Source: Octopus sinensis (lineage: Eukaryota). Taken from it: 64,000 nucleotides of DNA. The position numbers and the translations under genes were made by a program. This document shows positions 22,766 to 34,895 of the stretch, in pieces (the first letter of the stretch is position 1; the number at the start of each line of letters is the position of its first letter). The stretch spans positions 53,568,001-53,632,000 of the forward strand of contig NC_043013.1 in assembly GCF_006345805.1 (NCBI RefSeq), read 5' to 3'. Below the pieces are notes generated by a model. It saw only the letters and a program-made list of their open reading frames with translations, had not been told where the DNA came from and made no database searches.

Positions 22766-22908
22766 ACGGGCTTATTTCCGTCTACTAAATCCACTTACAA
22801 TGTCTTGGTCAGCCCGAGGCTAAAGTAGAAAACACTTGTCTAAGAGAGCATGCAGTTGGACTCAACCCGGATTCATGATATTTCGAAGGAACACAGCAAC
22901 GCCTGCGC
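22765..22908 (-). mobile_element. SINE family 1, 5' half (tRNA head plus core)
   Basis: Minus strand GGCGCAGGCGTTGCTGTG...CCGGGTTGAGTCC...GACAAGTGTTTTCTACTTTAGCCTCGGGCTGACC...GTAGACGGAAA. Confidence 0.75.
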
Positions 22909-23559
22909 CTATTCTTCAACTTCTTTTTCTTCTTTTTCCCTTCTATTTGTCCTTCTTCTTCTTATTTTTTAATATCTGAAATACCAGAAATGCACTAAAG
23001 TGAAGCAGTTCGAATATCTTTTCTTAATATTTCTCACAGATTCCTCAGAATTATAATTTGTCTGCGGCCACATATGTCCTTCTATGTGAATACTTATGTA
23101 AAGTATAACACACAAAGAAAACCAGAAAGACGGTGCTGTTATAGCGTGCAGGCTTCCTGGCCATTTACACCATGGCGTGTATCATAAATATATGAATACG
23201 TCAATTTAATTCACCAAAATGAACCGTCCTACTAATATATGATTACATATTAATAAGTGGAAAGAGACTTTTGTATAGATTGAGTGGTTAAGCTAATTGA
23301 ATCGACTCTGGTGTTTAATGTAGCCGTTACATATTCTATCAGTCGTTTGTAGAAATATAACTGACCTTTATCGAAATTCGCCGTTATGTGAGAAATATAA
23401 ACAGATGAAATAGATATAATGGAACAACCAACGATTCTTAGTACAAAGTATTCTAGCTTTATCGTAGTATATTTATTCATAATATACTACACTGTACGGC
23501 GTGTAGTTATGAACGTCTGGTCTTTTTCTATGTTCCATTATGGAGACATAGTGTAACAT

Positions 23560-24050
23560 TTACAGATGTCACTGCGGTCATATTTGCATTTTATTCTTTC
23601 TGGAATTTATAGTATCTTGCGTAGGATGTTGGGTGTCCTCAGCAGGGCTTTTTTGGGGATATTTTGCTGGTGTTGAAGGTCTAAGTATATCTTATATGTT
23701 TTTGTTCATCTATTTTGTTATCATACGCAGTACCCCAATAATTATTGGTATTGTTTTCCCCTCCATACCCCATATCTTGAATATTCCTATTTCGAGGTCT
23801 TTGTAATTTGACCACTTCTCCAGTTCTTTATGGACATTATTCTAGTCATCAAGGACTGCAATGTGTATCACTAAGCGGTTGTTATTTGCCCCTCATTCCT
23901 TGATTATCCTGTTTACGTGATAAACTTTTATTTCTTTGTCAGTTTGAACAGGCATATGTCAGATGATTGTGGACTAGTCCTATACCTTGTTTGTCATATA
24001 GCTTGTTTGGCATACGTTTATACCATTTATTGTCAGTATTTGCGTATTGA
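23560..24050 (-). mobile_element. R4/Dong-type non-LTR retrotransposon, 3' fragment (restriction-like endonuclease region)
   Basis: Minus strand with frameshifts: KWYKRMPNK...MPVQTDKEIK...IAVLDD.NNVHKELEKWSNYKDLEIGIFKIWG...IPIIIG...KKALLRTPNILRKIL. Confidence 0.7.
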
Positions 24051-24081
24051 TAATACTATTATTATTATTATTATTATTATT

Positions 24082-25630
24082 TACTTCTAATCTGCATGTT
24101 TGTTACAATCACTCACTGCGACACACCCAGCGTCCTAGGGCGAGTGAAGGATAAGAGATGTTATAGAAAGACTGAAACCTTCGGGAAGGCAAGTCCTTGG
24201 AGCAGTAACGAAATATTTTCATGTTATAAAACACATATATTTAAATTGATTGTTTTTTTAAGGATACGTGCAGTACTTATCAGCACAACCTTTTGGATTT
24301 CTCTGAGACATGGTTCTCCTGGGATATTATCTTGATGTTTCTGACATCCCTTTCTTATCATACCTAGGGCACCCACAATAACAGGAACAGTTCTCGCTTT
24401 AAGATGCCACAATTTTTGTATTTCAATTTCCAGGTTCTTATATATTTACTTAATTTGTGAAATTCCTTAACGGATATACTTTTATCAGTGGAAACACATC
24501 TATTAGTTTACAAGTATTTTCTTCCCCGTCGTTAATGACTGTCTTGTCGATTATCCTGGATCATTCTGTCGTTGTTGACTTGAAAATCCCAGAGGATAGT
24601 GACATTTTAAACTTCAACGACTGGCTCAGGATGATGTTCGTCCCAATAAGCAGGAGTGCTGATTTTGTAGTGTTTACATATTTTCCAAAGTAAATGCTGT
24701 ACTGTCCTATCCTGGCGATTTTCTATTCGTTTGGTGTCAACACATGATATCCCGAGACGAAATGGTCTATTGTTCCCTCAAATTTATAGGAGAATCTGCA
24801 TTTAGGGTGAGAACCGTTAGGAAGAACGTTAGCCTGGTTGTTTTTGGTAAGCAATATTTGATCTTGTTCTGACAATATAAAACTTTCTCTTTCTGCTTTC
24901 AGTCCTGAGCTTCTCAGCCACTGATGGGTTGTTGCTTGGTCTACATCAACATTTCGACTTTGAAATATATGCTGTCCATGCAGAGGCTCCTGGCCCCACC
25001 GCTCCTCAATTTGTTTTTGCCCGTTCTTTTTTGTAGTCTGTTTGATCAGTTTTGATTGTTTGGTGGTAGTCGTTTCAGGTTCTTCATCTAATTCAGGGTT
25101 AACGCCAAGTTCCCTTACGAATTTGCAAGCTTTTGCTGCTTTCGTGTTTGCTCACAAGCCGCACCAATCAGTCCTCTACACTAAATAAGTACTTGTTCAT
25201 TGCTATTTTGGAGGTCTTATAGCACAATTCTACCTGCATTATTCCTCTTCCCCCATTTCTTCTAGGTAGGTACAGACGATCAACATCTACTTTTGGGTTG
25301 TGCATGTTCTTAGATGTTAGTCGTTTCCTTGTCTTCCTGTCCAGATGCAAGAGCTCTATAAGATTCCAGTTAATGGTGTTATAATTATATTGGACAACTA
25401 GAAGAGCCAGGGTGTTAAGGGCTTCGATGCGATTTTTGCAGTTCAGTTTTTAGAATGAGTCTTGCTCTCTTATAATACTCCTTTCTTATTTTTTCCTTCA
25501 TAGTAGCATGTTGTATACCATCTCGTTCGTTTATCCTCCGGGCTATTTAGAGATTTCTGCTGTGTAAAGCTCCTTGATAGCAGTGTCGTTTTCTGATTTA
25601 ATGAAAGCTGTTTGTTTGAACTTAACTCTT
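24082..25630 (-). mobile_element. R4/Dong-type RLE non-LTR retrotransposon, 5'-truncated, with (TAA)n tail
   Basis: LDRKTRKRL...HNPKVDVDRLYLPRRNGGRGIMQVE; PLHGQ; HQWLRSSGLKAERE; degenerate CCHC knuckle; ILWDFQV..DR.I..NR.D..C.LIDV; WHLKARTVPVIVGALGMI; EIQKVVLISTARIL. Short 3' UTR, then (TAA)n at 24051-24081. Confidence 0.85.
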
Positions 25631-25631
25631 A

Positions 25632-25681
25632 CGTTATTATTATTATTATTATTATTATTAATATTATTATTATTATTATTA

Positions 25682-25743
<62 letters not shown>

Positions 25744-25813
25744 GATATTATTATTATTATTATTGTTACTGTTATTATTATTACTATTATTGTTATTATT
25801 ATTATTATTATTA

Positions 25814-25850
<37 letters not shown>

Positions 25851-25870
25851 ATTATTATTATTATTATTAT
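25632..25870. repeat. (ATT)n microsatellite
   Basis: Read directly; abuts the 5' end of the R4/Dong-type element. Confidence 0.95.
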
Positions 25871-26433
25871 TTCTGTCGTTGTTATTTAGAAATATGTTCT
25901 GAGATGCTTCCGGATATGTCTTCCTGGACAATAATAGAAGCCAACGAGATATTAAATATTGTCTGATCTTGAGGAGAGAAGTCACTAACCAACGTCGTGG
26001 CGGTCTGCGACCGTTTTATCATCAGTGACAAAAATGATTGGAATAAATATATTTGAATTGTTTTTATTGAAACCTAACTACATTCATATTAGGTGAATAC
26101 AATTAAAGTTTGAGAACGTAAACAAATATAAGTATATATATATATCCATGTGTATATAAATACTCATATATACATATATGCATATATATGTATCTATATG
26201 TGCATATTTATATGAATATATATTTATATACATTACTCTCTGTCTCCCCCCTCTCTCTCACACACACACATATTATATACATCTACGTATAGGTAACGAA
26301 GAAGACAAGTTCTTTTCGAAAGTGAACCATACAGATACATGTATGCAAATTTAATTCGCATATTCAATGAAATATGGCATTTTAATCGCTAAAGCTCAAC
26401 AACAGAGTAATAATAATAATGATAATAATAATA

Positions 26434-26488
<55 letters not shown>

Positions 26489-26603
26489 GCTTATTTGTTT
26501 TCTGCTATTACCATAATATTTATTGATATTTTACATATATTTTCCTACAAGACTATATGGAATCATTGTTATTCTGAACGCTAACATACATATCCCCACC
26601 GAC

Positions 26604-26970
26604 AGGTGCAGGCATGGTTATGTGGTAGGAGTTTGCGTCCCAACCGCATGGTCACGGGTTCAGCACAACTGTGTGGCACCATGGGTGCATCATTTCCACT
26701 ATAGATTTGAGCCAACTGAGTCCTTGTGAGTGGATGTTAGGGAAACTGAAAGAAATCCGTTGTATGCATATTTTCTGTGTGTGTATGTTTGTGTGTTTGT
26801 CCCCAAAACCGGTGTTGGTGTGTTTACCTCCAAGTAACTTAGTGGTTCGGCTAATAAAACCGATAGTGTCAAGCTTTAAAGAAAAATACTTGGGTCAATT
26901 TGGTCGGCTAATTTTTCTGCAAGGTGACGCCCCAGCATGGTCACAGGTTAATAACTGAAGAAAGTAAAAC
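26604..26970 (+). mobile_element. SINE family 1, full-length diverged copy
   Basis: AGGTGCAGGCATGGTTATGTGGTAGG head, CACGGGTTCAG B-box, GTAACTTAGTGGTTCGGC, 3' GGTGACGCCCCAGCATGGTCACAG. Confidence 0.8.
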
Positions 26971-27028
26971 AAAATTTAAAGATACATGTATATGCTATTA
27001 TGTATGTATTTATATATATATATATACA

Positions 27029-27071
<43 letters not shown>

Positions 27072-27127
27072 CTCTGTGTGTGTGTATATATCTATATATG
27101 TATGCATGTATGTATATGTATGTATGC

Positions 27128-27190
<63 letters not shown>

Positions 27191-28482
27191 CATATATATA
27201 TAGAGAGAGAGAGACACACGCACACACATCCCTGAATTTAGATATAAACCAATATATTTAATACATTTTATTACTGTAGACTTTCTATGATTAATCGCTT
27301 CCTTTCCTGATCGGTGATATTTCACACTTTCATAGATAATACATCGATATCTCAGTGATATCGCAGCTAATCACATGAATATCTCATGAATATAACAGCT
27401 AATGCCAAGGAAAAGTTATTTTGTCACACATATTGCATCATTTTACTGCTTCCTTTGGCAGCTACAAATCAAACATATTTTTCTCCCCATCTTTGTCCTC
27501 TCTTAGACCTACAACCCACTCCTAGTTCACAATTTCCAAGAATTTTACAGCATAAGATCTTACACATATTTTTTTATATATGTCCACACACATTGACACA
27601 CATACTCACACGCACAACACACTCACACATGCATACACACGCACACACATCGTGACTTATGCTTAGGAAACACTTTCAAGTTCCATTTATTTATATTTTC
27701 TTATTTTTCTTGATAATGTCTTTCGCTCAAGACCTATTTTATATAAGGTATTTCCTGAATCGCATAATTTTTTTTTTCAGTCCTTCTCTTTACTTTCCCC
27801 AAAAATCTTCAAGAACATCCTATTATCAACTCTCTATTACCCACTTTAACCAAGATTACATTTCAGACCCGCCCTCAACGGTTACTAGATTTCATTTCCG
27901 CTCTCAGTGGTATGATTCACAGACGTAAAACTATATTTCCCTCAGGTATCACATTTACAAGAAAAGAAAATGACAGAAAAAAAAAAGAGAGAGAACGGGG
28001 AGAATATCGCTTCCTTTTACTTCCGCCAAACAACTAACCGATTCTAACTACTTCGCTTCGGTTCCCCTCCTAAACCCCCACGGCGGTTTCCGTGATTCTT
28101 TCTATTATAATGTATTGTGCAAAAGTTCAAAACTTGTTAAATGACAGCTAGCTTAGAGAACATTCTAACGACGGTTCACACTCTGAGTCGGCAACAATCG
28201 TTACAAACTTGACAATTCTAGTTTATGAATATAACGTTAAATAACAGACATAACGTTAGGAACGTGTTTATATAGCTAAAATAATACGTGCGCGCGTGTA
28301 TATATATACACATTATACACATACACGAATAAATACATATATACATTATAGAATATACAAAGAATATATACGTATACACTCACATATAATTGTATATATA
28401 TATACATACATACATATATATATACATACACACACATATATATATATATACACATACATATACACACACATATATATATATA

Positions 28483-28567
<85 letters not shown>

Positions 28568-29384
28568 TATATATATAATTATTATTATTATTAGAAAACC
28601 TACCTGTAAGTCGGATTAAAATAATACCAGCACATTACCACTACGCTTACGATGGGTAGAAAAAAAAAGTTCCTTGCTGACCGTTTCCTAGGTTGGCGAC
28701 GAACAGCCATGGTTATCTCCCTTCTGGTGCTATGACAACGTTTATTTGTTGGGAATATTTCCTGTTTCTTGGTTCAGTATTGACCAGGGACCGTCCATTT
28801 AGTTTGTTGCTAGAAGATTCTCATACCGTGGGTCAATGTTTGTTTCCTCAGATGCAGCGCATAACACGTGATACTAGCGACAGTCGAATATTCCTAAGCA
28901 ATGATTTCTGAGATAGATTTCGCTTATTTTCCCATATCGCACTTGCTTAGCTACATCTCCCTTTGATTTCTTTAACCGCATAGTGTCCCCCTCCCCAGTG
29001 CATCAGTGCAGCATCACCCTCATATCTCGCACTCAGTTTCACCATTTAACTAAACCTTCCTTCCATCTATTTCGATGTGTTTTCCTACCGCTATCATTTC
29101 CATGCTTGTAATTCCAAAGAATGCAGGGTCGAATCTGCTTGTAGCGCTCTCGATCGGAATGGTAGTTTTAGTTAAATAATTGTTCCCACTGCTGCTGTTG
29201 CAGCCGGTATAGTTAGTGCTAATGGCTAATTTTGGTGGGAGGGTGTCACTGATGCCAATGGTGTTGCGAGGTGCTGTAGTCACCCACTTTCTACTCTTTT
29301 ATTATTTTTTTATGCCAACGACATCACCCCCATCTTCAACATTGCTCTTGATGATAATAACCCTTTCTACTGGATGCACACATG

Positions 29385-29695
29385 CACAAAACCTCAGATT
29401 TGTGGGGAGGGGACTAGTCGAACACATCGCCCCCAGTGTTTTACTGGTACTTAATTAATCGATCCCGATGCCAGAACATGAAGACAGACGAAATACCTAT
29501 CTTTACTACCCACAAGGGGCTACACACAGAGGGGACAAACAAGGACAGACAAACGGATTAAGTCGATTATATTGACCCCAGTGCGTAACTGGTACTTATT
29601 TAATCGACCCCGAAAGGATGAAAGGCAAAGTCCACCTCGGCGGAATTTGAAGTCAGAACATGAACACAGACGAAATACTGCTAAGCAATTTTAAA
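29385..29695 (-). mobile_element. SINE family 2, one near-complete copy plus a 3' fragment
   Basis: GACCCCAGTGCGTAACTGGTACTTATTTAATCGACCCCGAAAGGATGAAAGGCAAAGTCCACCTCGGCGGAATTTGAA. Confidence 0.8.
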
Positions 29696-30884
29696 GTAGT
29701 ATTTTCCCCGACTTAAGATCGACAGTCGTATGTTTAAACCTATAATATCCAAGACTCTATCATGCAATGTGCAGTACTCTGACCTTGAGCAAGGCATTCC
29801 ATTTTGCGTTGATCCAGTTTACTCCAATGAAGTGCCGGTGTAAAATTCGTTCCTCTATCTGTCACATCCCGGATGTGCCATTGGGTAGAGGGTGTGAGAA
29901 ATGGGGCGGTATCTATGTCCACCCGAGACTATACAGGCACCTAAAACACTCAGCGATAGCATGTTACATGTTACCAAATCATCCTAGTTTTTGAGTGACA
30001 AATGAGTCTTAATATAGAATACGGTTTTAGAAAATGGGAGATTCTGCTGTTATTTCTAGCTGATTGAGTAACCAGATGACTGCTTCCCTCTTTTCAGCTT
30101 TCACTGTAAAGTTGAAATTCTCCTTTGGTGGTATTGGTGGTGGTGGTGGTGGTGGTGTGGTATGTAGACTCATTTTTGTCTCTCTCTGTATTACTCTCTA
30201 ACCGATGCCTCTTAGACGTAAATATTCGCTGATTCTCCAGAGACGATGTATTCTGCATTTCGATGAAATAATTAACGGAAGCAGAGTCATATCTGCTGCC
30301 GAGGGACACAGAGATAATGTAAATAATGTAATTAATGTGAATTTTGATCCCGTGTCGTACGGGGTCATCAGTGGAAATGTTTATAACAACCTCTGTATTG
30401 TGAATAAGTCGCTGAGAACAGTTTGGTGTCGCCAATTTCGGAAGGAAGTTCTCGAAGCCATTGATGGCATGCAGCTTTGGGTGAGTGAAACTGCTGGACA
30501 CTGGATAAACACACCACGTCGAACATATTGCCACAAGTCTATTTCAATTGTGCACACTCTCAACGTTATTGATACGGTTAATCAATTCATATCGTTTTCT
30601 AAATACATCCAATCTATTTGTTACCATGGTAATCATTGCAATACCTATGTTTCCCATCTGTGTGGCGACTAATTTTAACAAGGGAAACAATGAATTAATA
30701 TTCGGATCGTTTCATCGGAATCTAAGAATGAAGGTGGAACGATAAATGGAAAGCTGACGACACTGGCATGGCAATTAATTATGGAGATGCTGGTGGCGAG
30801 GAGGAGTGGTGTGGAAGAGGAGGAGGAGGGATAGACAAACAGTCATAATAATTACTATAACCAAAATATTGTATGATAATACTT

Positions 30885-31635
30885 ATAATAGTTCTTTCTA
30901 ATTTTGGTATGAGGCCAGCAATTTCACAGGGAGTGGGTGGGGCAATTACAACGCCCACCTAGCGTTTCAAACGATCTTGCTTTGCCGGCCTCGAAAGTCA
31001 ATCACAACGGAATTTGAATTCTGACCAACGCGTATTCTTTGTTTTCTAATTTTGGCACCAAGCCAGAAGTTTCGGAGTAGGAGTCAGTCGATTTATTATT
31101 TCGATCCAGAAGGGTTAACACGAAACATTGAACTTGGCGGTATTTCAACACGGAGCACAAAGAGCTGTAAGAAATTCCGCTAAGCATTTTCTCCAACGCC
31201 CTAACGCCACTTTAGTATCGAAAACAACAAAAGCACAAGGCTTCACATAGTTAGAAAGAGATTAGTTAATGACATTAACCCCAATACAAAACTTCTGCTT
31301 ATTTTATTAACCCCGATAAGATGAAAGACATCCAATCTCGACGGAATTTGAACTCAAAATGTAAAGGTAGACCAAATGCCCATTGTGCTAACGATTCTGC
31401 CAGCTTGCCACATTTATCATTGGCTTCAAATTTTAGCATAAGGTCAGCAATGTCGGGAGACGGGGTAAGACTATTATATCGACCCCGGCACTAAGCTGGT
31501 ACTTATTTTATTGACCCCTAAAAGATGAAAGGCTAAGTCTTCGAGGGAAGATATAAGTCGACAACATCGACCCCTGCTGCTCAAGTGGAATTTATTTTAT
31601 CGATTCCGAAAAGATGAAAGTCAAAGTCAACCATT
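30885..31635 (-). mobile_element. Cluster of about five same-orientation diverged SINE family 2 copies
   Basis: Recurring AATTTTGG(C)A(C)AAG(G)CCAG, CGACCCC...GTACTTATTTTAT(C/T)GACCCC and GATGAAAG, GGAATTTGAA(C/T)TC modules. Confidence 0.7.
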
Positions 31636-31758
31636 TTTTAAATTTCTGGATCTGCTGCGGAGAAATGGACAACATGAGTTACCATGGGTTTTACGTTGGC
31701 TGATGGTTGTTTATCGAATGTGTTGAAGGTGTTATGGGATTCGAAATCGGGTGATGAT

Positions 31759-32107
31759 TACTCTTTTACTCTTTTACTTGTTTCAGTCATTTGACTGCGG
31801 CCATGCTGGAGCACCGCATTTAATCGAGCAACTCAACCCCGGGACTTATTCTTTTGTAAGCCCAGTACTTATTCTATCGGTCTCTTTTTGCCGAACCGGG
31901 GACACACACAGACACACAAACACACACGTATATACATATATACATATATACGACGGGATTCTTTCAATTTCCGTCTACCAAATCCACTCAAAAGGCTTTG
32001 GTCGGCCCGAGGCTAAAGTAGAAGACACTTGCCCAAGGTGCCACGCAGTGGGACTGAACCCGGAACCATGTGGTTGGTAAACAAGCTACTTACCACACAG
32101 TCACTCC
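31759..32107 (-). mobile_element. SINE family 1, near full-length with central deletion
   Basis: CTCTTTTACTCTTTTACTTGTTTCAGTCATTTGACTGCGGCCATGCTGGAGCACCGC tail; CAGTGGGACTGAACCCGGAACCATGTGGTTGG head. Confidence 0.9.
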
Positions 32108-32112
32108 GAATA

Positions 32113-32250
32113 TTTCCTATTTCGTTTTTGGATTTTGTTTGCAAGATTATTTATATGAGTTCGTGTATTGAAGCATATTCTGTTGTGTCTGGGGAGACAT
32201 TTTCTCAAAAAGAAAATGACTGACTCCAGACACAACAGGTTATTTCTATG
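32113..32250. mobile_element. Short foldback remnant
   Basis: CTGTTGTGTCTGGGGAGACATTTTCT / AGAAAATGACTGACTCCAGACACAACAG inverted arms (~32180-32238) with almost no spacer. Confidence 0.5.
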
Positions 32251-33702
32251 TTTTGTGAAAATAGTGTTATGTCTTTTACACTCGTGCGATGATTATATAG
32301 GACATGTTTTTGTTTTGTGAGTTATATCATGTTCCACAGTCGGTGATGACCGCGTTGAGCAGGCGTTTTGTAGATTGTGCTAAGTGTTTTACAGTCGGAT
32401 GGCGGTTGTGCGATGTGGATTATGTTATACGTTTGTGTATCGGGTGGTGATTCTGTACTGTTTGTGTTGTCCAAGTTGTGGACTATACACTAGTGTCGGG
32501 TGGTGATTGTATACCTTATGCTTTGTAAAGGGTGTGTTTATAATATTGAGTTGGTGGATAGTGTGAAATGGTGGGAGATATGTTATTACATCAGATATTG
32601 ATTATCTTAGAGTATAGGGCGTGATATTTTATGGTGGTAATTCTATAGAATATGTATTTCGGGAGGTGTATAGATTGTGAATGATATGAGGTGAGGTACT
32701 GAATTGAGAGAAGTGTCATTCGTAGAGTGTGCTGTAAGATGATGATGATGTGTAGGAGGAGAAGATGGAGGAGATGGATGTGTTGTTGCTGCTGTTGAAG
32801 ATGATGATGATGGTGGTGGTGGTGGTGGTGATGGCCGTGGTGGTTACCATGATTATGATGGTGAATTCAGTGATTAAAACGACGGCCATCATAACAATAA
32901 CGTTGACAGTGCTAACCATTATGGAGTTGATGAAATTCTAAACAAACTGTTTTATGCTTTATTTTACTAAGCTTGTTAAAAACCAGAATAAGATGAAATT
33001 TTACAAAAATTTGGGGGAATTAACTCCAGCCAAGCAATTACCCACTACTAACCACCATTAATTTCAACACCCACCACCACCACCACCACCACCACACCAC
33101 CACCGCCACCGTCACCGTCACCGTCACCACCTTCACCAACATCACTTCCATCATCACAACTAATGCCACCGACAATCTCAGACCCTTATTTCTCAAAAAA
33201 TATATTCAAACATTCAACAATTAAAAATAGGAATGAAAATTCGAGATACAAATCCTCAGATGACATGTAATAATTCAAATAGAATTTCGATTTATTTACA
33301 AACCAATTATAAATTCACTACCATAAATAACTTCCATACATTTTCATGGTCTACCGTTTTGTTTCTCACATTTCTTTTCTCCTTTCTCTTTCATTATTTT
33401 TTTGCTTTCGTTCAGTCTTCCATATTAATTTGTTTCGTTATTGTTTTGTCCTTTTGTTGTATATATTTTACGTGTGTGAGGAGGGGGCTCTGGTAGGTGG
33501 GGAGTTGTTTTCGGCAAATAAAGACCTTATTATGAAAAATATTTATAAATTTCTGCAATATTACAGTAATAGCTAATTTATTAAGGTTGTACTCTGGAAT
33601 CAAATGAGAATAGTTGCGTTGTATTGTCTTTCACAGCGATGTTATTACGTCGTCCGCTTGTTATATTAAACATATTGATTTTTCCTATTAGGCAACAACT
33701 AG

Positions 33703-33724
33703 CTTCCGGCTCAAAAATGGCGGC
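33703..33724 (+). promoter_or_regulatory. Adjacent ETS-like (CTTCCGG) and YY1-like (AAAATGGCGGC) motifs in a CpG-containing unique island
   Basis: Motifs read directly at 33703-33709 and 33714-33724; function is inferred only. Confidence 0.3.
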
Positions 33725-33979
33725 TTTCTGGGATTTCAGCCATAACGCACGCAATTTTGCCTTCGGTTTTGTTTGCATGCAACGGTTACTTCTACCTTTT
33801 TTTCTCGTTCTTTTTGTTCTTGCTGTCGTTACCGACGTCGTAGTAGTGATCACAATCATATTCCGTTTTGTTGTTCTTCTTATTCTTGTTCTTGTTGTTC
33901 CCTTAAGCAGTGTTGTCGTTGTCATCATCTTCATAACTGATGATATCAACGTTTTACCTCGTTATTAGTTTCTTTTGTA

Positions 33980-34071
<92 letters not shown>

Positions 34072-34084
34072 GTTGTTGTTGTTG

Positions 34085-34125
<41 letters not shown>

Positions 34126-34186
34126 AATAATAATAATAATAATAATATTTTTTATTATTATTATCTTTATTATTATTATTATTACC

Positions 34187-34220
<34 letters not shown>

Positions 34221-34247
34221 TATTATTATTATTATTATTATTATCAC

Positions 34248-34278
<31 letters not shown>

Positions 34279-34354
34279 GTTATTATTACCATTATTATTA
34301 TTGTTATTATTATTATTATTACCATTATTATTATTATTGTTATTATTATTATTA

Positions 34355-34385
<31 letters not shown>

Positions 34386-34441
34386 ATATAATAATAATAA
34401 TAATAATATTTTTATTATTATTATCTTTATTATTATTATTA

Positions 34442-34475
<34 letters not shown>

Positions 34476-34492
34476 TATTATTATTATTATAC

Positions 34493-34568
<76 letters not shown>

Positions 34569-34620
34569 GTTATTATTACCATTATTATTATTATTATTAT
34601 TACCATTATTATTATTATTG

Positions 34621-34667
<47 letters not shown>

Positions 34668-34725
34668 TTATTATTATTATATTTCTTGTTATTGTTGTCG
34701 TCGTTGTCGTTGTTGTTGTTGTTTA
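33980..34725. repeat. ~740-bp imperfect (ATT)n microsatellite
   Basis: Read directly; explains the poly-L/I/Y ORFs. Confidence 0.95.
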
Positions 34726-34734
34726 GACAATGAG

Positions 34735-34895
34735 CTTGCAGAACCGACAGCACCGCCATGCAAAGTGATTCGACTTTACCATTCATCCTTTCGGAGTCGA
34801 TGAAACTAATATCAGTCACGTACTGGGGTCGATGTAATCAACTAACCCCAGCTTATCCAAGTTTTCAGGCCTTGTGCCTTTAAGCAGAAAGATTT
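34735..34895 (+). mobile_element. SINE family 2, diverged
   Basis: GACTTTACCATTCATCCTTTCGGAGTCGATGAAA...GTACTGGGGTCGATGTAATC...CAGGCCTTGTGCC. Confidence 0.75.

Noticed and set aside
23250-23480. 76-aa minus ORF with an AAG/GTCAGT donor-like site
   Set aside because: No homology recognised and acceptor ambiguous.
29050-29283. 77-aa minus ORF in unique sequence
   Set aside because: No motif, splice support or family resemblance.
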